Shown one piece after another: positions 44,722 to 55,208 of a DNA stretch of 64,000 nt. Numbering within the stretch: the stretch's first letter is position 1; the number at the start of each line of letters is the position of its first letter. The translations under genes were made by a program, and so were the position numbers. Origin of the DNA: Clostridia bacterium (lineage in GTDB: Bacteria > Bacillota > Clostridia > RUG12999); contig JAZQCS010000092.1 of assembly GCA_045546415.1 (NCBI GenBank), positions 280-64,279 of the forward strand. The letters are read 5' to 3'. A model generated the notes under the pieces. It searched no databases. It was not told the origin of the DNA and was given only the letters and a program-made list of their open reading frames with translations.

Positions 44722-47370
44722 TTACTTTTTATGTGCACTTTTATTAACCAGACCAAACACCTTTGAAATTTCCATAACAACAAAGGGAACAGCAATAAGC
44801 CCAAGGCTGATAAGATAAAGCTTCCAGGAAAGCAATTTAAGGCCAAATGCCACCGATACCGGTGTAAACAGTACAACCAGCATAAGCACAAGGGACACAA
44901 GAGCCGCTTTGTTAAGGGTTTTGTTTGTGAAAAAGCCTGTTTTGAAAAGTGACTGTGCAGAACGCATATTAAACGCCTGAATCACCTGACTGAACGCAAG
45001 CACGGTAAACGCCATTGTCTGTCCGTGTTCCACCGTACCGCCGTAATTTTTACCGATGCTGTATGCAATAAGAGCAAGAACACCGAACATTATACCCTGA
45101 AGAATAATCTGCACACCGAAGCCGTGAGCAAAAAGACCTTCGGCTTTAGGACGGGGTTTTGCATCCATTACCCCCTTTTCAAGAGGCTCCATACCAAGAG
45201 CAATGGCAGGAAGGCTGTCTGTGATAAGGTTAATCCACAAAAGCTGCATAGAAAGAAGAGGTGTTTCGTGCCACAAAAGCATTGCAACAAACACGGCAAT
45301 TACCTCACCTATGTTTGTACCCAGCAAAAAGCCTACAACCTTTTTAATGTTGGTATATATTCCTCTGCCCTCACGCACAGCCTCAACAATTGTGGCAAAG
45401 TTATCATCCGAAAGGGTCATATCTGCCGCACCTTTTGCAACATCCGTACCGGTTATACCCATGGCACAGCCAATATCTGCCGCTTTAAGTGCCGGAGCGT
45501 CATTTACACCGTCACCTGTCATTGAAACCACATGACCTTTTTTCTGCCATGCTTTTACAATGCGTATTTTATTTTCTGGAGATACTCTTGCATATACCGA
45601 AATATCTTCAACGCATCCGTCAAGCTCTTCTTCGGTCATTTCATCAAGCTGCGTCCCGGTTATTGCCTTGTGTCCCGGCCTCAGAATATTTAGTGCTTTT
45701 GCAATTGCCGATGCAGTTGTTACATGGTCACCTGTAATCATAACAGGGCGTATACCCGCTTTAATACAGGTTTTAACCGCTTCTGCCGCTTCAGGTCGGG
45801 GCGGGTCAATCATACCGACAAGACCAAGCAGGGTCAGGTCTTTTTCCATTTCCTCCGAAGTGAGTTCAGAAGGCACACTTGTTATTTCCTTATAGGCTAC
45901 AGTAATTACACGAAGAGCCGCTGAGCTCATTTCCTCATTAACTTCCGCTGCACGGGACAGATTTCCCTTAATGCACCTTTCTGCAATAACATCAAACGCA
46001 CCCTTTACAATAACGAAATTTCTGCCTTCTATTTCATTAACTGTGGTCATCATTTTTCTGTCAGAATCAAAAGGAATTTCTCCTTTTCTCGGATATTTTG
46101 AATTTACAGTTTCTTTGGTTATTCCGTTAAGGTGTGCAGCAAGAATAATTGCAGTCTCTGTGGGGTCACCTATATGCGTAACCCGGTCACCCTCCACATT
46201 AACCGAACCGTCACAGCAAAGGGTTGCCATTGTAAGCAAATTTTTTACGCTGTCGGAGTTTTCCTTTTTAAGTTTAACAGGGCTTTCATTTTCAAACTCT
46301 TCAACAACGCCGGTTTCATCAATATAGGCTTTCATAAGAGTCATACGGTTTTGGGTAAGTGTACCGGTCTTATCCGAACAGATAACCGAAGCTCCGCCAA
46401 GGGTTTCCACCGCAGGCAGACTGCGTATAATGGCGTTGCGTTTTGCAAGTCGTTGAACACCTATGGAAAGCACAATGGTAACAATGGCAGGCAATCCCTC
46501 AGGAATTGCCGAAACTGCAAGGGAAACCGCTGTCATAAACAGCTCCATAGTCTGAAGACCGTTGATTTTTCCCACAATAAAAATTATCACACATACAGCT
46601 ATGGCAAGTGCTCCTAAATACTTTCCAAGAGTTGCAAGTTTTTTCTGCAGCGGTGTCTGTGTTTCACCCTCCCCGCTGAGAAGATGGGCAATTTTACCCA
46701 TTTCGGTATTCATACCCGTTGCTGTAACAACCGCAATAGCACTTCCGTAGGTTATGCTGCAGCCCGAATAAACCATATTTGTACGGTCTCCGATTGGTGC
46801 ACCATCCTCCGGAATATCCTTTGCGTTTTTCTCCGACGGCACCGATTCTCCGGTAAGTGCCGATTCCTCACTTTTCAGGTTAGCGGAGGATATAAGCCGT
46901 GCATCGGCAGGAACAAAATCACCCGCTTCAAGATGTATAACATCACCGGGTACAAGCTCACTTGCCGGTATAACCTGTTCTTTTCCGTCATGAATCACCC
47001 TGCAATGTGGTGCAGACATATTTTTAAGAGCTTCAAGGGCTTTTTCTGCTTTGCTTTCCTGCATAACCCCCATAACCGCATTGATTATTACAATAAGCAA
47101 AATCAGGGCAGGCTCAAAAAACTCTCCCGGATTTTTCTCAACGCAGGCAATCACAAAAGATATTGCCGCTGCAACCAACAGAATTAATATCATTACATCC
47201 TTGAACTGCTCAAAGAACCTTGCCGCCATGCTTTTCTTTTTTCCCCGGCTGAGAAGGTTTTCTCCGTATTTTTCTCTCCTTCTCGCGGCTTCTTCCAAAG
47301 AAAGACCCTTTTGGGTATCGGTTACCAGTTCTTTTAATACCGCTTCAGTTTGAACCGAATAATAATTCAT
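44722..47370 (-). CDS. Cation-transporting P-type ATPase (type IIA/IIB Ca2+-ATPase-like)
   Basis: The phosphorylation motif [10 protein letters not shown], plus TGES-like, MITGD and [11 protein letters not shown] motifs, with ~10 TM segments. I place the start at ATG 47370 ([24 protein letters not shown]). Confidence 0.9.
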   Translation of the reverse strand: MNYYSVQTEAVLKELVTDTQKGLSLEEAARRREKYGENLLSRGKKKSMAARFFEQFKDVMILILLVAAAISFVIACVEKNPGEFFEPALILLIVIINAVMGVMQESKAEKALEALKNMSAPHCRVIHDGKEQVIPASELVPGDVIHLEAGDFVPADARLISSANLKSEESALTGESVPSEKNAKDIPEDGAPIGDRTNMVYSGCSITYGSAIAVVTATGMNTEMGKIAHLLSGEGETQTPLQKKLATLGKYLGALAIAVCVIIFIVGKINGLQTMELFMTAVSLAVSAIPEGLPAIVTIVLSIGVQRLAKRNAIIRSLPAVETLGGASVICSDKTGTLTQNRMTLMKAYIDETGVVEEFENESPVKLKKENSDSVKNLLTMATLCCDGSVNVEGDRVTHIGDPTETAIILAAHLNGITKETVNSKYPRKGEIPFDSDRKMMTTVNEIEGRNFVIVKGAFDVIAERCIKGNLSRAAEVNEEMSSAALRVITVAYKEITSVPSELTSEEMEKDLTLLGLVGMIDPPRPEAAEAVKTCIKAGIRPVMITGDHVTTASAIAKALNILRPGHKAITGTQLDEMTEEELDGCVEDISVYARVSPENKIRIVKAWQKKGHVVSMTGDGVNDAPALKAADIGCAMGITGTDVAKGAADMTLSDDNFATIVEAVREGRGIYTNIKKVVGFLLGTNIGEVIAVFVAMLLWHETPLLSMQLLWINLITDSLPAIALGMEPLEKGVMDAKPRPKAEGLFAHGFGVQIILQGIMFGVLALIAYSIGKNYGGTVEHGQTMAFTVLAFSQVIQAFNMRSAQSLFKTGFFTNKTLNKAALVSLVLMLVVLFTPVSVAFGLKLLSWKLYLISLGLIAVPFVVMEISKVFGLVNKSAHKK

Positions 47371-47460
47371 CAAAGACCCTCTTTTCATTTTGTTATGTAA
47401 AAGGACGCACCCATCCGCCAAAACTTCAATCGGCATCAAGCATACGTCCCAATGTGATAA

Positions 47461-47489
47461 AGTATACCATCAATTCATAAAAAAGTCAA
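47461..47489 (-). promoter_or_regulatory. Promoter of the P-type ATPase gene (minus strand TTGACT-17-TGgTATACT)
   Basis: The minus-strand -35 is 47489..47484 and the -10 is 47466..47461 with an extended TG. Confidence 0.6.
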
Positions 47490-47511
47490 GCGTTTGTTTT
47501 CGACAAATTTT

Positions 47512-48432
47512 TCACGGCAAAATAAATTCAAAGCCTCCGGGAACTATTTCAAACACAGTTTCCCCCACGGTAAAAATTTCTCCATCCACACACATACGCA
47601 TAGTTCCTTTACATGGAGTAACAGTAAGCTGTTTGCATTTCTGTGTATATATGCATTTTTCAATGTTTTTCAGCCTGCGGTGTGTTCCCTTCATATAAAA
47701 CGGCAGTTTTGAAAGAAAATTAAGCCGTGATATGTTATATACTATATTTATATCCATCTGTCCGTCGTTTAATACCGCATCCGGATTGCTTTTTATACCG
47801 CCTCCGCAACAGCATCCGTTTGCAATGGAATTCAGCAGAATCCGTCCGCTGCGGAGCCTTTTGCCGTCGGCATTCACGGTAACCTCCGCACCCTTTTTCT
47901 TTATAAGCATAATGATTATTGAAAGAAAATATGCAAAAGAACCGTTTGCAAGCTTTTTTCGTTTGATTGCATCAGTTGTATCTGCAACATTACAGTCAAA
48001 CCCTATGTTTACCATATTTACACAATAACCGTTCCGCTCAGCTGAGCTGTATTTAATTATATCACATTTTATGGGTTTTCCGGTGACCTGACCCTCCACA
48101 TCAAGAAAGCGGGACATTTTTTCAAAATTGCGACAGAAATCGTTTCCGGTCCCCGACGGAATAACTCCTGCACTTGCACCCGGAAACCTGACGGCAGCAT
48201 TGACCACCTCAGAAAAGGTTCCGTCACCTCCGCAGGCAATAAACCTTGCGACGCCTCGACGCAGGCAATAATTTTCAACAAAACGGGTAGCATCTCCCTG
48301 CCCTTTTGTTTTATAAACCTCAATATCATATTTACCGCGAAGCTCAGCAATTTCCCCTTCAAGCCGTGCAGTCTCTTTGCCTTTTCCCGCCCCGGGGTTT
48401 ATAATAAAAACGGTTTTCAATAAAATCACCAC
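47512..48432 (-). CDS. Diacylglycerol kinase catalytic domain family lipid kinase (YegS/DagK-like)
   Basis: FIINPGAGKGK is the N-terminal ATP-binding motif, and GGDGT sits in ACGGDGTFSEV. The track start is GTG. An alternative TTG start (MKTVFIINPG) lies 12 nt downstream. Confidence 0.8.
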   Translation of the reverse strand: MVILLKTVFIINPGAGKGKETARLEGEIAELRGKYDIEVYKTKGQGDATRFVENYCLRRGVARFIACGGDGTFSEVVNAAVRFPGASAGVIPSGTGNDFCRNFEKMSRFLDVEGQVTGKPIKCDIIKYSSAERNGYCVNMVNIGFDCNVADTTDAIKRKKLANGSFAYFLSIIIMLIKKKGAEVTVNADGKRLRSGRILLNSIANGCCCGGGIKSNPDAVLNDGQMDINIVYNISRLNFLSKLPFYMKGTHRRLKNIEKCIYTQKCKQLTVTPCKGTMRMCVDGEIFTVGETVFEIVPGGFEFILP

Positions 48433-49067
48433 TCTATACAGGTAAGCTCAGAAAAATCTGTAATGTAAAAATCACCGGTGTTTTTCATTTCGGTCATATA
48501 TTCCTCAGAGGTTTTATCGTAAACTCCGCAAACCTTCATGCCTGCTGTTTTTGCGGTTTTGCAGGCTCCGGGGTTATCATCAAGAAACATTATTTCTTCC
48601 ACAGTTTTCCCCATTTTTTCTGCCGCCGCCCTATATATTTCCGGGTCCGCCTTTGTAGTGTTGAAATCATCACAGGACCATACATTGTCAAACAGTTCAA
48701 AAATCCCCAATCTTTTAAGACAGGGGTCAAGTGCCGAATGCGGGCTTGCCGTAAGCACATTTATACTTGCCCCGCTATTTTTTAGTTTCCTTATAACCTC
48801 GCAAACATTTTCCTTTGCAGGAATGTTGTTTTCATATTCAAACCGTGCATAACGGTTCATTCTTTCAACAAGCTCCTCAACAGTAGAATTCATCCCCATA
48901 TTGACAAAATATTCCGCAGTTCCCTTATAGCCAAGAGGGGTTATTATTTTCAGAATATCCTCCCCGTAGGAAACATTTTCTTCATTAAGAATGCGAAGCA
49001 TCATTGCACCATAAGCCGGCATGGAATCCACAAGGGTTCCGTCAAAATCAAAAAGATATGTATTCAT
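48426..49067 (-). CDS. HAD-superfamily hydrolase (phosphatase)
   Basis: Motif I FDFDGTLVDS near the N-terminus and FLDDNPGA (motif IV-like). Confidence 0.8.
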   Translation of the reverse strand: MNTYLFDFDGTLVDSMPAYGAMMLRILNEENVSYGEDILKIITPLGYKGTAEYFVNMGMNSTVEELVERMNRYARFEYENNIPAKENVCEVIRKLKNSGASINVLTASPHSALDPCLKRLGIFELFDNVWSCDDFNTTKADPEIYRAAAEKMGKTVEEIMFLDDNPGACKTAKTAGMKVCGVYDKTSEEYMTEMKNTGDFYITDFSELTCIEW

Positions 49068-49218
49068 AAAATCGCTCCTTCTTTATAATAATTGTACCCC
49101 ATTTTTCGCCTTTTGTCAACAAAAAGCATCCGGAATTTTTTTGTACAAAAAGAAAAAGGACTATTCCGAAGAATAGTCCTCTTTTTTAGCAAGTCAGAAC
49201 AATAATGATGCAAAGTGA

Positions 49219-49392
49219 TTTGGCTAAATTTTGCAGCAAGCTGCAAAGCGAAATTATTGCCTCGCAATAGCTAAATAACTCCTTTGGAGTAGCTAAATTA
49301 AATTCGCTTTCAGCGTGCGTAGCACATTTAGCTGCCGCAGGCAATTTAGCTGAGCTTGCTCAATTTAGCTTGCGGAACGCGAATTTAGCTAA
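49219..49392. repeat. Array of seven copies of the 8-9-bp motif TAGCTAAAT / ATTTAGCT(A/G) in dyad orientation (3 forward, then 4 reverse)
   Basis: The motif occurs near 49222, 49268 and 49290 (forward) and near 49324, 49342, 49362 and 49381 (reverse complement). The near-palindrome TTGCAGCaaGCTGCAA is at 49231-49246. The array lies in the intergenic region upstream of the minus-strand HAD/lipid-kinase genes and 3' of tRNA-Pro. Confidence 0.55.
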
Positions 49393-49431
49393 AAAAAAGA
49401 CAGATTTCTTTGTCGAAATCTGTCTTTTTTT
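49391..49431. terminator. Bidirectional terminator 3' of tRNA-Pro
   Basis: AAAAAAAAGACAGATTTC-tttgtc-GAAATCTGTCTTTTTTT. Confidence 0.8.
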
Positions 49432-49432
49432 C

Positions 49433-49508
49433 TGGTCGGAGTGACAAGACTTGAACTTGCGGCCCCTAGACCCCCAGTCTAGTGCGCTACCAGCTGCGCC
49501 ACACCCCG
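49433..49508 (-). tRNA. tRNA-Pro (anticodon GGG)
   Basis: The reverse complement CGGGGTGTGGCGCAGCTGGTAGCGCACTAGACTGGGGGTCTAGGGGCCGCAAGTTCAAGTCTTGTCACTCCGACCA folds as a cloverleaf. The anticodon loop is CTGGGGG, the T-loop is GTTCAAGTC, and the CCA is encoded. Confidence 0.85.
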
Positions 49509-49640
49509 ATGTCATTTTTGCTGACTTAGATATTATAGCACACTTTTTTATAAAAATCAAGCCCTAAATTAAATTTTTTTTATTTTTTTTCATATTTTTT
49601 TCATTTTCGTCTATAATAACCAAAAAACAAGGAGGAAAAC

Positions 49641-50159
49641 ATGAGCAGAGCATTAAAGTTAACAATTGCGGCAGTTGTAAGCCTGCTGGCAATTATCCTT
49701 ATAGGCGGGCTTATTGTTACCCGTTTGGCTTCAGACTACATCAGTCCCGCCCGGGCAGGGAAAATCCTTATGGAAAGGCATCCTGATGCCGTAATAACCG
49801 GAACCGAAACCGAAGAATACGAAACACGGCTTTTTTACGAGATAGAATTCACATTAAACAGCAACCGCCATTCTGCAACAATCGACGGTGAAAATGGTAA
49901 AATTCTCGCGGATACGGCTGAAAAAGAGGGTTCTGCCGAAAAAGTTCCCGAAGATTTCAACATTCAGGCAGCAACCGAAAAAGCCATTGCAGATGCAGGC
50001 TTCAGCCACGAAGAGGTAACCGTAAAAAACGCCTCTCTGGAAAACGAAAACGGCAAAGCCGTTTACGACATTGAATTTATTAACTCAGGCACACGGTATG
50101 AATATATTATAAACGCGGAAAACGGTACTGTTGAAAGCATAACAACAAAGGCGGAATAG
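49641..50159 (+). CDS. PepSY domain-containing membrane-anchored protein (two PepSY repeats)
   Basis: An N-terminal TM anchor followed by two ~60-aa repeats with the PepSY pattern (...YEIEF...DGENGKIL / ...YDIEFINSGTRYEYIINAENGTV). RBS AAGGAGG precedes the start. Confidence 0.75.
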   Translation: MSRALKLTIAAVVSLLAIILIGGLIVTRLASDYISPARAGKILMERHPDAVITGTETEEYETRLFYEIEFTLNSNRHSATIDGENGKILADTAEKEGSAEKVPEDFNIQAATEKAIADAGFSHEEVTVKNASLENENGKAVYDIEFINSGTRYEYIINAENGTVESITTKAE

Positions 50160-50235
50160 AAAAAAAACGATTTGTATGAAACATACTTGTAATAGGAACA
50201 AACAGAGAAAATGTATGAGATAATCCCATAGACCT

Positions 50236-50280
50236 TATATGCAGAACGACACACAGGCCGTTCCCTACAGGGTGGTTCAA
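50236..50280. repeat. Copy of a small intergenic hairpin element (related to 62001-62066)
   Basis: The reverse complement CTGTAGGGAACGGCCTGTGTGTCGTTC parallels CTGTAGGGAACGCCCTGCGTGGCGTTCC at 62001. Confidence 0.4.
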
Positions 50281-50300
50281 CAGAAATCGTTAAATTCTAC

Positions 50301-50342
50301 AAAAAAAAGGCAGAAACGAAATTAATCGTTTCTGCCTTTTAA
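50301..50342. terminator. Bidirectional terminator between convergent PepSY and lysA genes
   Basis: AAAAAAAAGGCAGAAACG-aaattaat-CGTTTCTGCCTTTT. Confidence 0.85.
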
Positions 50343-50359
50343 ATTACTATGCTTAATAT

Positions 50360-51658
50360 TTATACATCGTTTCTTATGATATCATCAAGGGTTTCGCCTT
50401 TTACCGCAACATAATCACCCTTCTTTGAAAGCATAACAACGGGCGGTTTTCCTATACGGTTATAGTTGGATGCCATAGAGTAGTTATATGCACCGGTGGT
50501 AAGCACCGCAATAACCTCTCCTCTTTCGGGTTTAACAAGTGTTACACCCTCCTGGATGATATCTCCGCTTTCACAGCATCTGCCCACAACTGAGCACTCA
50601 AGGTCCGGCTCAGCATTCATCTTTGAAGCGTTAAGCACGGTATAATCCGCCTTATAAAGGGCATATCTGGGGTTGTCCGGCATACCGCCATCAATTGAAA
50701 CATAAGCCTTGAAGCCCGGTATGTTTTTCACAGTTCCTGCTGTGTAAAGAGTCATGCCGGCATTTGCCACAATGCTTCTGCCCGGCTCCATGAGGATTTT
50801 AGGACAGCTTATTCCAAGCTGTGCACACTTTGTTTTTACATACTGCGCAACCTGTTTTATGCTTCCGTCAATATCAAAAACAGGGTCTTTTTCGGTGTAT
50901 CTCACACCATAGCCGCCACCAAGATTAAGCTGAGTTGCAACGAACCCGTGTTTTTCTTTCATTTCACCTATAAAGTCAAGCATAACCTCTGCCGCTTTAT
51001 AAAAAGGTTCGGTTTCAAAAATCTGCGAACCGATATGACAATGGAAACCGTCAAGAATAATATTTTCCATGGCAAGTGCCCGGAGGGTTATCTCTTCTGC
51101 CTGACCTGTTTCAATTGCAGAGCCGAACTTGGAATCCACCTTGCCGGTAGAGATTGCTTCAAAAGTGTGAGGGTCAATTCCCGGAGTTATTCTGAGAAGA
51201 ATTTTCTGTTTTTTGCCCATTTTACCTGCGGTTTCGTTTATGACCCTGAGCTCTTCAATATTATCCACAACAAAATGACCCACACCGTTTTCCATAGCAA
51301 AGCTTATGTCGCGGTCGGTTTTGTTATTACTGTGAAAATATGAATTTTCAAGGTTAAAGCCTGCCTTTAAGGCTGTGTAAATTTCTCCTGAGGAAACCAC
51401 ATCGGTGCCCATTCCTTCATCCTTCATAATTTCATAAAGGCGTTTGAAGGATGCCGCTTTACTTGCAAAAAGAGGCATAGCGTTTTCGCCGAAATATTTT
51501 GAGAAGGCGTTTGTGTAAACTCTGCAGTTTTCACGGATTTTTTCTTCATCCATAAGATAAAGCGGTGTACCGTATTTTTCCGCAAGAAGAGTTACATCGC
51601 AGCCGGCAAAGGTAAGATGCCCTTCTCCGTTTACGCCTATGTTATCACAAATAAACAT
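50360..51658 (-). CDS. lysA: Diaminopimelate decarboxylase
   Basis: A PLP-dependent decarboxylase fold II signature (SKFG..., GGGYG-like LNLGGGYGV, CESGD). It is the last gene of the dapA-dapB-lysA operon. I place the start at ATG 51658 (RBS GGAGTG). Confidence 0.85.
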   Translation of the reverse strand: MFICDNIGVNGEGHLTFAGCDVTLLAEKYGTPLYLMDEEKIRENCRVYTNAFSKYFGENAMPLFASKAASFKRLYEIMKDEGMGTDVVSSGEIYTALKAGFNLENSYFHSNNKTDRDISFAMENGVGHFVVDNIEELRVINETAGKMGKKQKILLRITPGIDPHTFEAISTGKVDSKFGSAIETGQAEEITLRALAMENIILDGFHCHIGSQIFETEPFYKAAEVMLDFIGEMKEKHGFVATQLNLGGGYGVRYTEKDPVFDIDGSIKQVAQYVKTKCAQLGISCPKILMEPGRSIVANAGMTLYTAGTVKNIPGFKAYVSIDGGMPDNPRYALYKADYTVLNASKMNAEPDLECSVVGRCCESGDIIQEGVTLVKPERGEVIAVLTTGAYNYSMASNYNRIGKPPVVMLSKKGDYVAVKGETLDDIIRNDV

Positions 51659-51672
51659 AAAATTCACTCCAA

Positions 51673-52419
51673 TCAGCCGTTTACAATGCTGTTCATATCG
51701 TACATACCCTCAGGCTTGTCACATATAAACTGTGCCGCCGCCATTGCACCCTCTGCAAACAGGGCACGGGTATGTGCCTCGTGCTTTAAGGTGATGGTCT
51801 GGGTATCGGTACACACAAGCACCTCGTGTATACCCACAATGTTACCTCCACGGACAGCATGAACACCAATTTCACCGGTTTCACGCTTCTGCTGACCGCT
51901 TCTGCCAAACACAAGCTCTGCACCCGAACGGACAGTCTGAATTGCCTTTGCTATCATAAGAGCTGTACCGCTTGGTGCATCAAGTTTACGGTTGTGGTGC
52001 TGTTCAATAATTTCAATGTCCGCATCGGGCATGGTTTTAGCTGCTGTTTTGGCAAGCTCCACAAGAAGCGCCACCCCAAGGGACATATTTGCAGACATAA
52101 ACACAGGAATTGTTTCTGCCGCTTTTTTAATATATTCCATTTCCTCATCGGTATGACCTGTGGTTGCAATTACGAGAGGAAGCCCTCTGCTTACTGCAAA
52201 GCCCACAAGGTCTTTTGTTACGCTGTGATGAGTAAAATCTATAACGCAATCCGCATCAACATTTATATCGTCAAGGGAGGTGAATGTGGGATAGGGTGCG
52301 CTTGCCGGTATGTTTATATCCACCGCTGCCGCAAGACTGCTTCCGCGGTAGCCCTCATTTGCAAGGCGCACTATTTCGGTGCCCATTCTTCCGCTTGAGC
52401 CGTTTATAATAATTCTCAT
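51673..52419 (-). CDS. dapB: 4-hydroxy-tetrahydrodipicolinate reductase
   Basis: The N-terminal NAD(P)-binding motif MRIIINGSSGRMG, 248 aa, and operon context. Confidence 0.85.
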   Translation of the reverse strand: MRIIINGSSGRMGTEIVRLANEGYRGSSLAAAVDINIPASAPYPTFTSLDDINVDADCVIDFTHHSVTKDLVGFAVSRGLPLVIATTGHTDEEMEYIKKAAETIPVFMSANMSLGVALLVELAKTAAKTMPDADIEIIEQHHNRKLDAPSGTALMIAKAIQTVRSGAELVFGRSGQQKRETGEIGVHAVRGGNIVGIHEVLVCTDTQTITLKHEAHTRALFAEGAMAAAQFICDKPEGMYDMNSIVNG

Positions 52420-52435
52420 TTGCTTTACCGCCTTT

Positions 52436-53323
52436 TTAGTTAATTGCTCCCCACTGCTTCATAATAGCATACATTTTTTCTGCATTTTCAGGTTCCATAG
52501 TTGTAAGAGGGAGACGAAGGAAATTTTTGCAGAAGCCCATTTTTGCCATAGCCGCTTTAACGGGAATGGGGTTAACCTCACAGAACAGAGCATCAACAAG
52601 AGGAAGAAGCTCAAGCTGTAAATCCGCACTTCCTGCAACATCGCCCTTGAAGAATCTGTCACATATTTCAACAGTTTCTTTTGGAAGCACATTTGAAAGC
52701 ACGGAAATTACACCCTTACCGCCAAGGGCAAGAACGGGAGTTATCTGGTCATCGTTACCGGAATAAATATCAAGCTTACCTTTTACCTTTGCGGCAATTT
52801 CAGCCACCTGGGAAATGTTACCGCTTGCTTCCTTTATAGCCGCAATGTTGGGATGGTCAGCAAGCTCCACACAGGTAGAGGGTGCTATGTTCATACCGGT
52901 TCGTCCGGGTACATTGTAAAGAATTACAGGCTTTGTGCTGGCATCTGCAACGGAGGTGAACATTTTTACAAGACCCTTCTGGGTTGCCTTGTTATAATAA
53001 GGGCTTACCACAAGAACAGAATCCGCGCCCACCTTACAAGCGTGTCTTGTAAGCTCCAGGCAGTATTCGGTATCGTTACTGCCGGTGCCGGCAATAACCG
53101 GAACTCTGCCTGCAGTTTTTTCAACCACAAAGGTTATTGCATCCTTATGCTCATCGTCACTTAAGGTTGATGCCTCGCCTGTTGTTCCGCAAACAACAAG
53201 AGCGTTAACGCCCTGTTCAATCTGCCAGTCAACAAGCTTACCGAAAAGGTCATAGTTTATACCGTTTTCGTCAAGAGGGGTGATAAGCGCTGTTGCAACG
53301 CCTGTAAATACTGTTTTTTTCAT
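52436..53323 (-). CDS. dapA: 4-hydroxy-tetrahydrodipicolinate synthase
   Basis: The N-terminal TALITPLDENG, plus GTTGE (VCGTTGEAS), and an active-site Lys in a ...K... context. 295 aa. Confidence 0.85.
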   Translation of the reverse strand: MKKTVFTGVATALITPLDENGINYDLFGKLVDWQIEQGVNALVVCGTTGEASTLSDDEHKDAITFVVEKTAGRVPVIAGTGSNDTEYCLELTRHACKVGADSVLVVSPYYNKATQKGLVKMFTSVADASTKPVILYNVPGRTGMNIAPSTCVELADHPNIAAIKEASGNISQVAEIAAKVKGKLDIYSGNDDQITPVLALGGKGVISVLSNVLPKETVEICDRFFKGDVAGSADLQLELLPLVDALFCEVNPIPVKAAMAKMGFCKNFLRLPLTTMEPENAEKMYAIMKQWGAIN

Positions 53324-53368
53324 TTTTTTCTCTCCTTAAAATGTATTACGGTAGTTTATTTTTCGCAT

Positions 53369-53607
53369 AAAAAATAGCCGTACAGCTACGGCTACCATTA
53401 CTTAAACCTCCCCTGCATAAAGGGGAAAAGGTAAACTTTGAAGTAAGGATAGCTCTCCGCTAAAACGCGACAACAAAATGAATATTATTTCATTTTGCCA
53501 GGTCAGCCTTACGCCTCAGCCGCCTTCGGCACCTGCACCTTTCACTTCCGCGGATTTTTGCGAAAACCCTTTATACAGAAGATACTCTTTGCACAATGCA
53601 CCTCTAC
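53369..53607 (-). ncRNA. Lysine riboswitch (L-box) with an intrinsic terminator (53369-53396) in the dapA leader
   Basis: The minus strand reads AGAGGTGCattgtgcaaAGAGTAT...GTGAAAGGtgcaGGTGCCGAAGGcggctgaGGcgtaaGGCTGACCTGGCAA, matching the conserved L-box segments. The terminator hairpin is TAGCCGTAGCTGTACGGCTA plus TTTTTT. Confidence 0.7.
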
Positions 53608-53634
53608 CATTATGTTTATTTTAGCACATAAACA

Positions 53635-53982
53635 TCATTTTGTCAATACATTTTCTTCATTATTATTACAAATTGCAATTTTTATGTGAATCTGTACAAA
53701 ATTGCCGCACACCTCATAGGAAATATCACTCCCCGTACTGACAGTAGCGTTTTCGCAATCCTCTATGGCAAAAAACATAACTGCTCCATATGTGCTGACA
53801 CACCTTCTTCTGCCGTTTTCCTCTGTATACCTTAGCCTTATTCCGTATCCCGCCTTAAGAGCCGTTTCTTCCTCTACTGTAATTTTTTTAAGCCCGTTAT
53901 TGAAAACCATAACCTCTTCAAGGCAGGAAAGTCCCGGCAGAGTAAAGCTGTCGTTTACTATCCTGAAAGCAATTTCTTCCAT
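53635..53982 (-). CDS. Hypothetical protein
   Basis: A 115-aa ORF with reasonable codon usage between the riboswitch and the esterase gene. Confidence 0.4.
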   Translation of the reverse strand: MEEIAFRIVNDSFTLPGLSCLEEVMVFNNGLKKITVEEETALKAGYGIRLRYTEENGRRRCVSTYGAVMFFAIEDCENATVSTGSDISYEVCGNFVQIHIKIAICNNNEENVLTK

Positions 53983-54047
53983 AAAAAGAACCCCTCCATA
54001 AAATGACTTGCTACATTTTATGCAGGGGCTTGCTCTTTGTTTACTTT

Positions 54048-55082
54048 TTAAAGATGTTTTTTGACATATTCCATATCAATAAGCCAGTCCTCACGACCGA
54101 AATAGTGGGTTCCGCTTCTTAAATGGTAACCTATGTTACCTTCATGGAAACTGTCACCTATCTTTGGCAATCTGTCCTCGCAGATAAATCCTTTAAGACC
54201 CATTTTTTCGTAAGCATCACTTGCTGCAACACAGGTAAGCATTTCGTGGGACGGGTCTGCCCAGGTATCCTCCACCGCACTTGCAACATATGCTTTTCTT
54301 GGTGCAATTGAAGCTATAAGGTAATGCTGATCAAAGGGCATTGCATCTTCGTTATTGGCATATTTATAGTAATTCTCACAGAACCAGTAAGGAAACACTT
54401 TGCAAATATCCGCCACACTCTCTCCCACTTTTCCTCTTGTAATTGCAGCACCGCTGCAGCCGGAATCGTTGGAATGAGCCATGGCAAAGCGTTCATCTGT
54501 TGCACCTGTAACGAGAGCTGTTTTACCAAGACGGGAATGACCGCACACTATTGATTTTGAAAGGTCAAGGCATTCAAGAGTCTGAGCATAATCCATAACT
54601 CTGTGTGCCGCCCATGCCCACATTGCAATTTTGCCGGGGTCGGTTGCTTCTCTTTTGCCGTCAGGGAAAAGTACACCGGCAAGGCCGTTTGTCATATCTC
54701 CGTCATCACTTGTTACATCCTGATAGCAGAAAGAAAGCACCGCAAAGCCGTTATCCACAAGCTCTTCTGTTGGCATATAGCGGTCAGGAACCTCAGAACG
54801 GAAATTGATATGTATGTAGAAGGGATATTTCCCGGGCTTTGTGGGAATGGTTGCATACGCCGGGAAAGTAAAGGTTTTATCACCCATTTTGGAGGTTATT
54901 TCAACCTTGTTAAGCACCGCTTTGCCTGCACAGAAATTAGGCAGAACAGGTTTAACCTGAAATTCTACGCTGTCGGGCTTTGGCGGAAGGTATCCGTATT
55001 CCTCTTTCTGAAGAATATCAAGCATTTCCTCACGGCTTAAAAGTTCAGGGAGTTTTTTTTCTTTCAGCATTTCTTTAAGCAT
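54048..55082 (-). CDS. Alpha/beta hydrolase resembling CE15 glucuronoyl esterase
   Basis: A GHSRLGK serine motif (CE15 consensus G-C-S-R-x-G-K), ~340 aa, in a polysaccharide-utilisation context. Confidence 0.55.
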   Translation of the reverse strand: MLKEMLKEKKLPELLSREEMLDILQKEEYGYLPPKPDSVEFQVKPVLPNFCAGKAVLNKVEITSKMGDKTFTFPAYATIPTKPGKYPFYIHINFRSEVPDRYMPTEELVDNGFAVLSFCYQDVTSDDGDMTNGLAGVLFPDGKREATDPGKIAMWAWAAHRVMDYAQTLECLDLSKSIVCGHSRLGKTALVTGATDERFAMAHSNDSGCSGAAITRGKVGESVADICKVFPYWFCENYYKYANNEDAMPFDQHYLIASIAPRKAYVASAVEDTWADPSHEMLTCVAASDAYEKMGLKGFICEDRLPKIGDSFHEGNIGYHLRSGTHYFGREDWLIDMEYVKKHL

Positions 55083-55208
55083 AGTGTTTTCTCCTTACCA
55101 TAAATGTTTTTTTACATATTCTATAACTCTCAGCCAGTCTTCACGGCTGAAAAAGCTCCGGAAGGTTTTTTTCTTTTAATATTTTCTGTAACATTTTATC
55201 TCTCCGCT

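Noticed and set aside
44646-44900. Track ORF 44646..44900 (-) and + ORFs 45025..47698 overlapping the P-type ATPase
   Set aside because: They are alternate-frame or antisense overlaps of a gene with unambiguous P-type ATPase motifs.
49064-49560. Track ORFs 49064..49267 and 49360..49560 (-)
   Set aside because: They overlap the AGCTAAAT repeat array, a terminator and tRNA-Pro, and have low-complexity translations.
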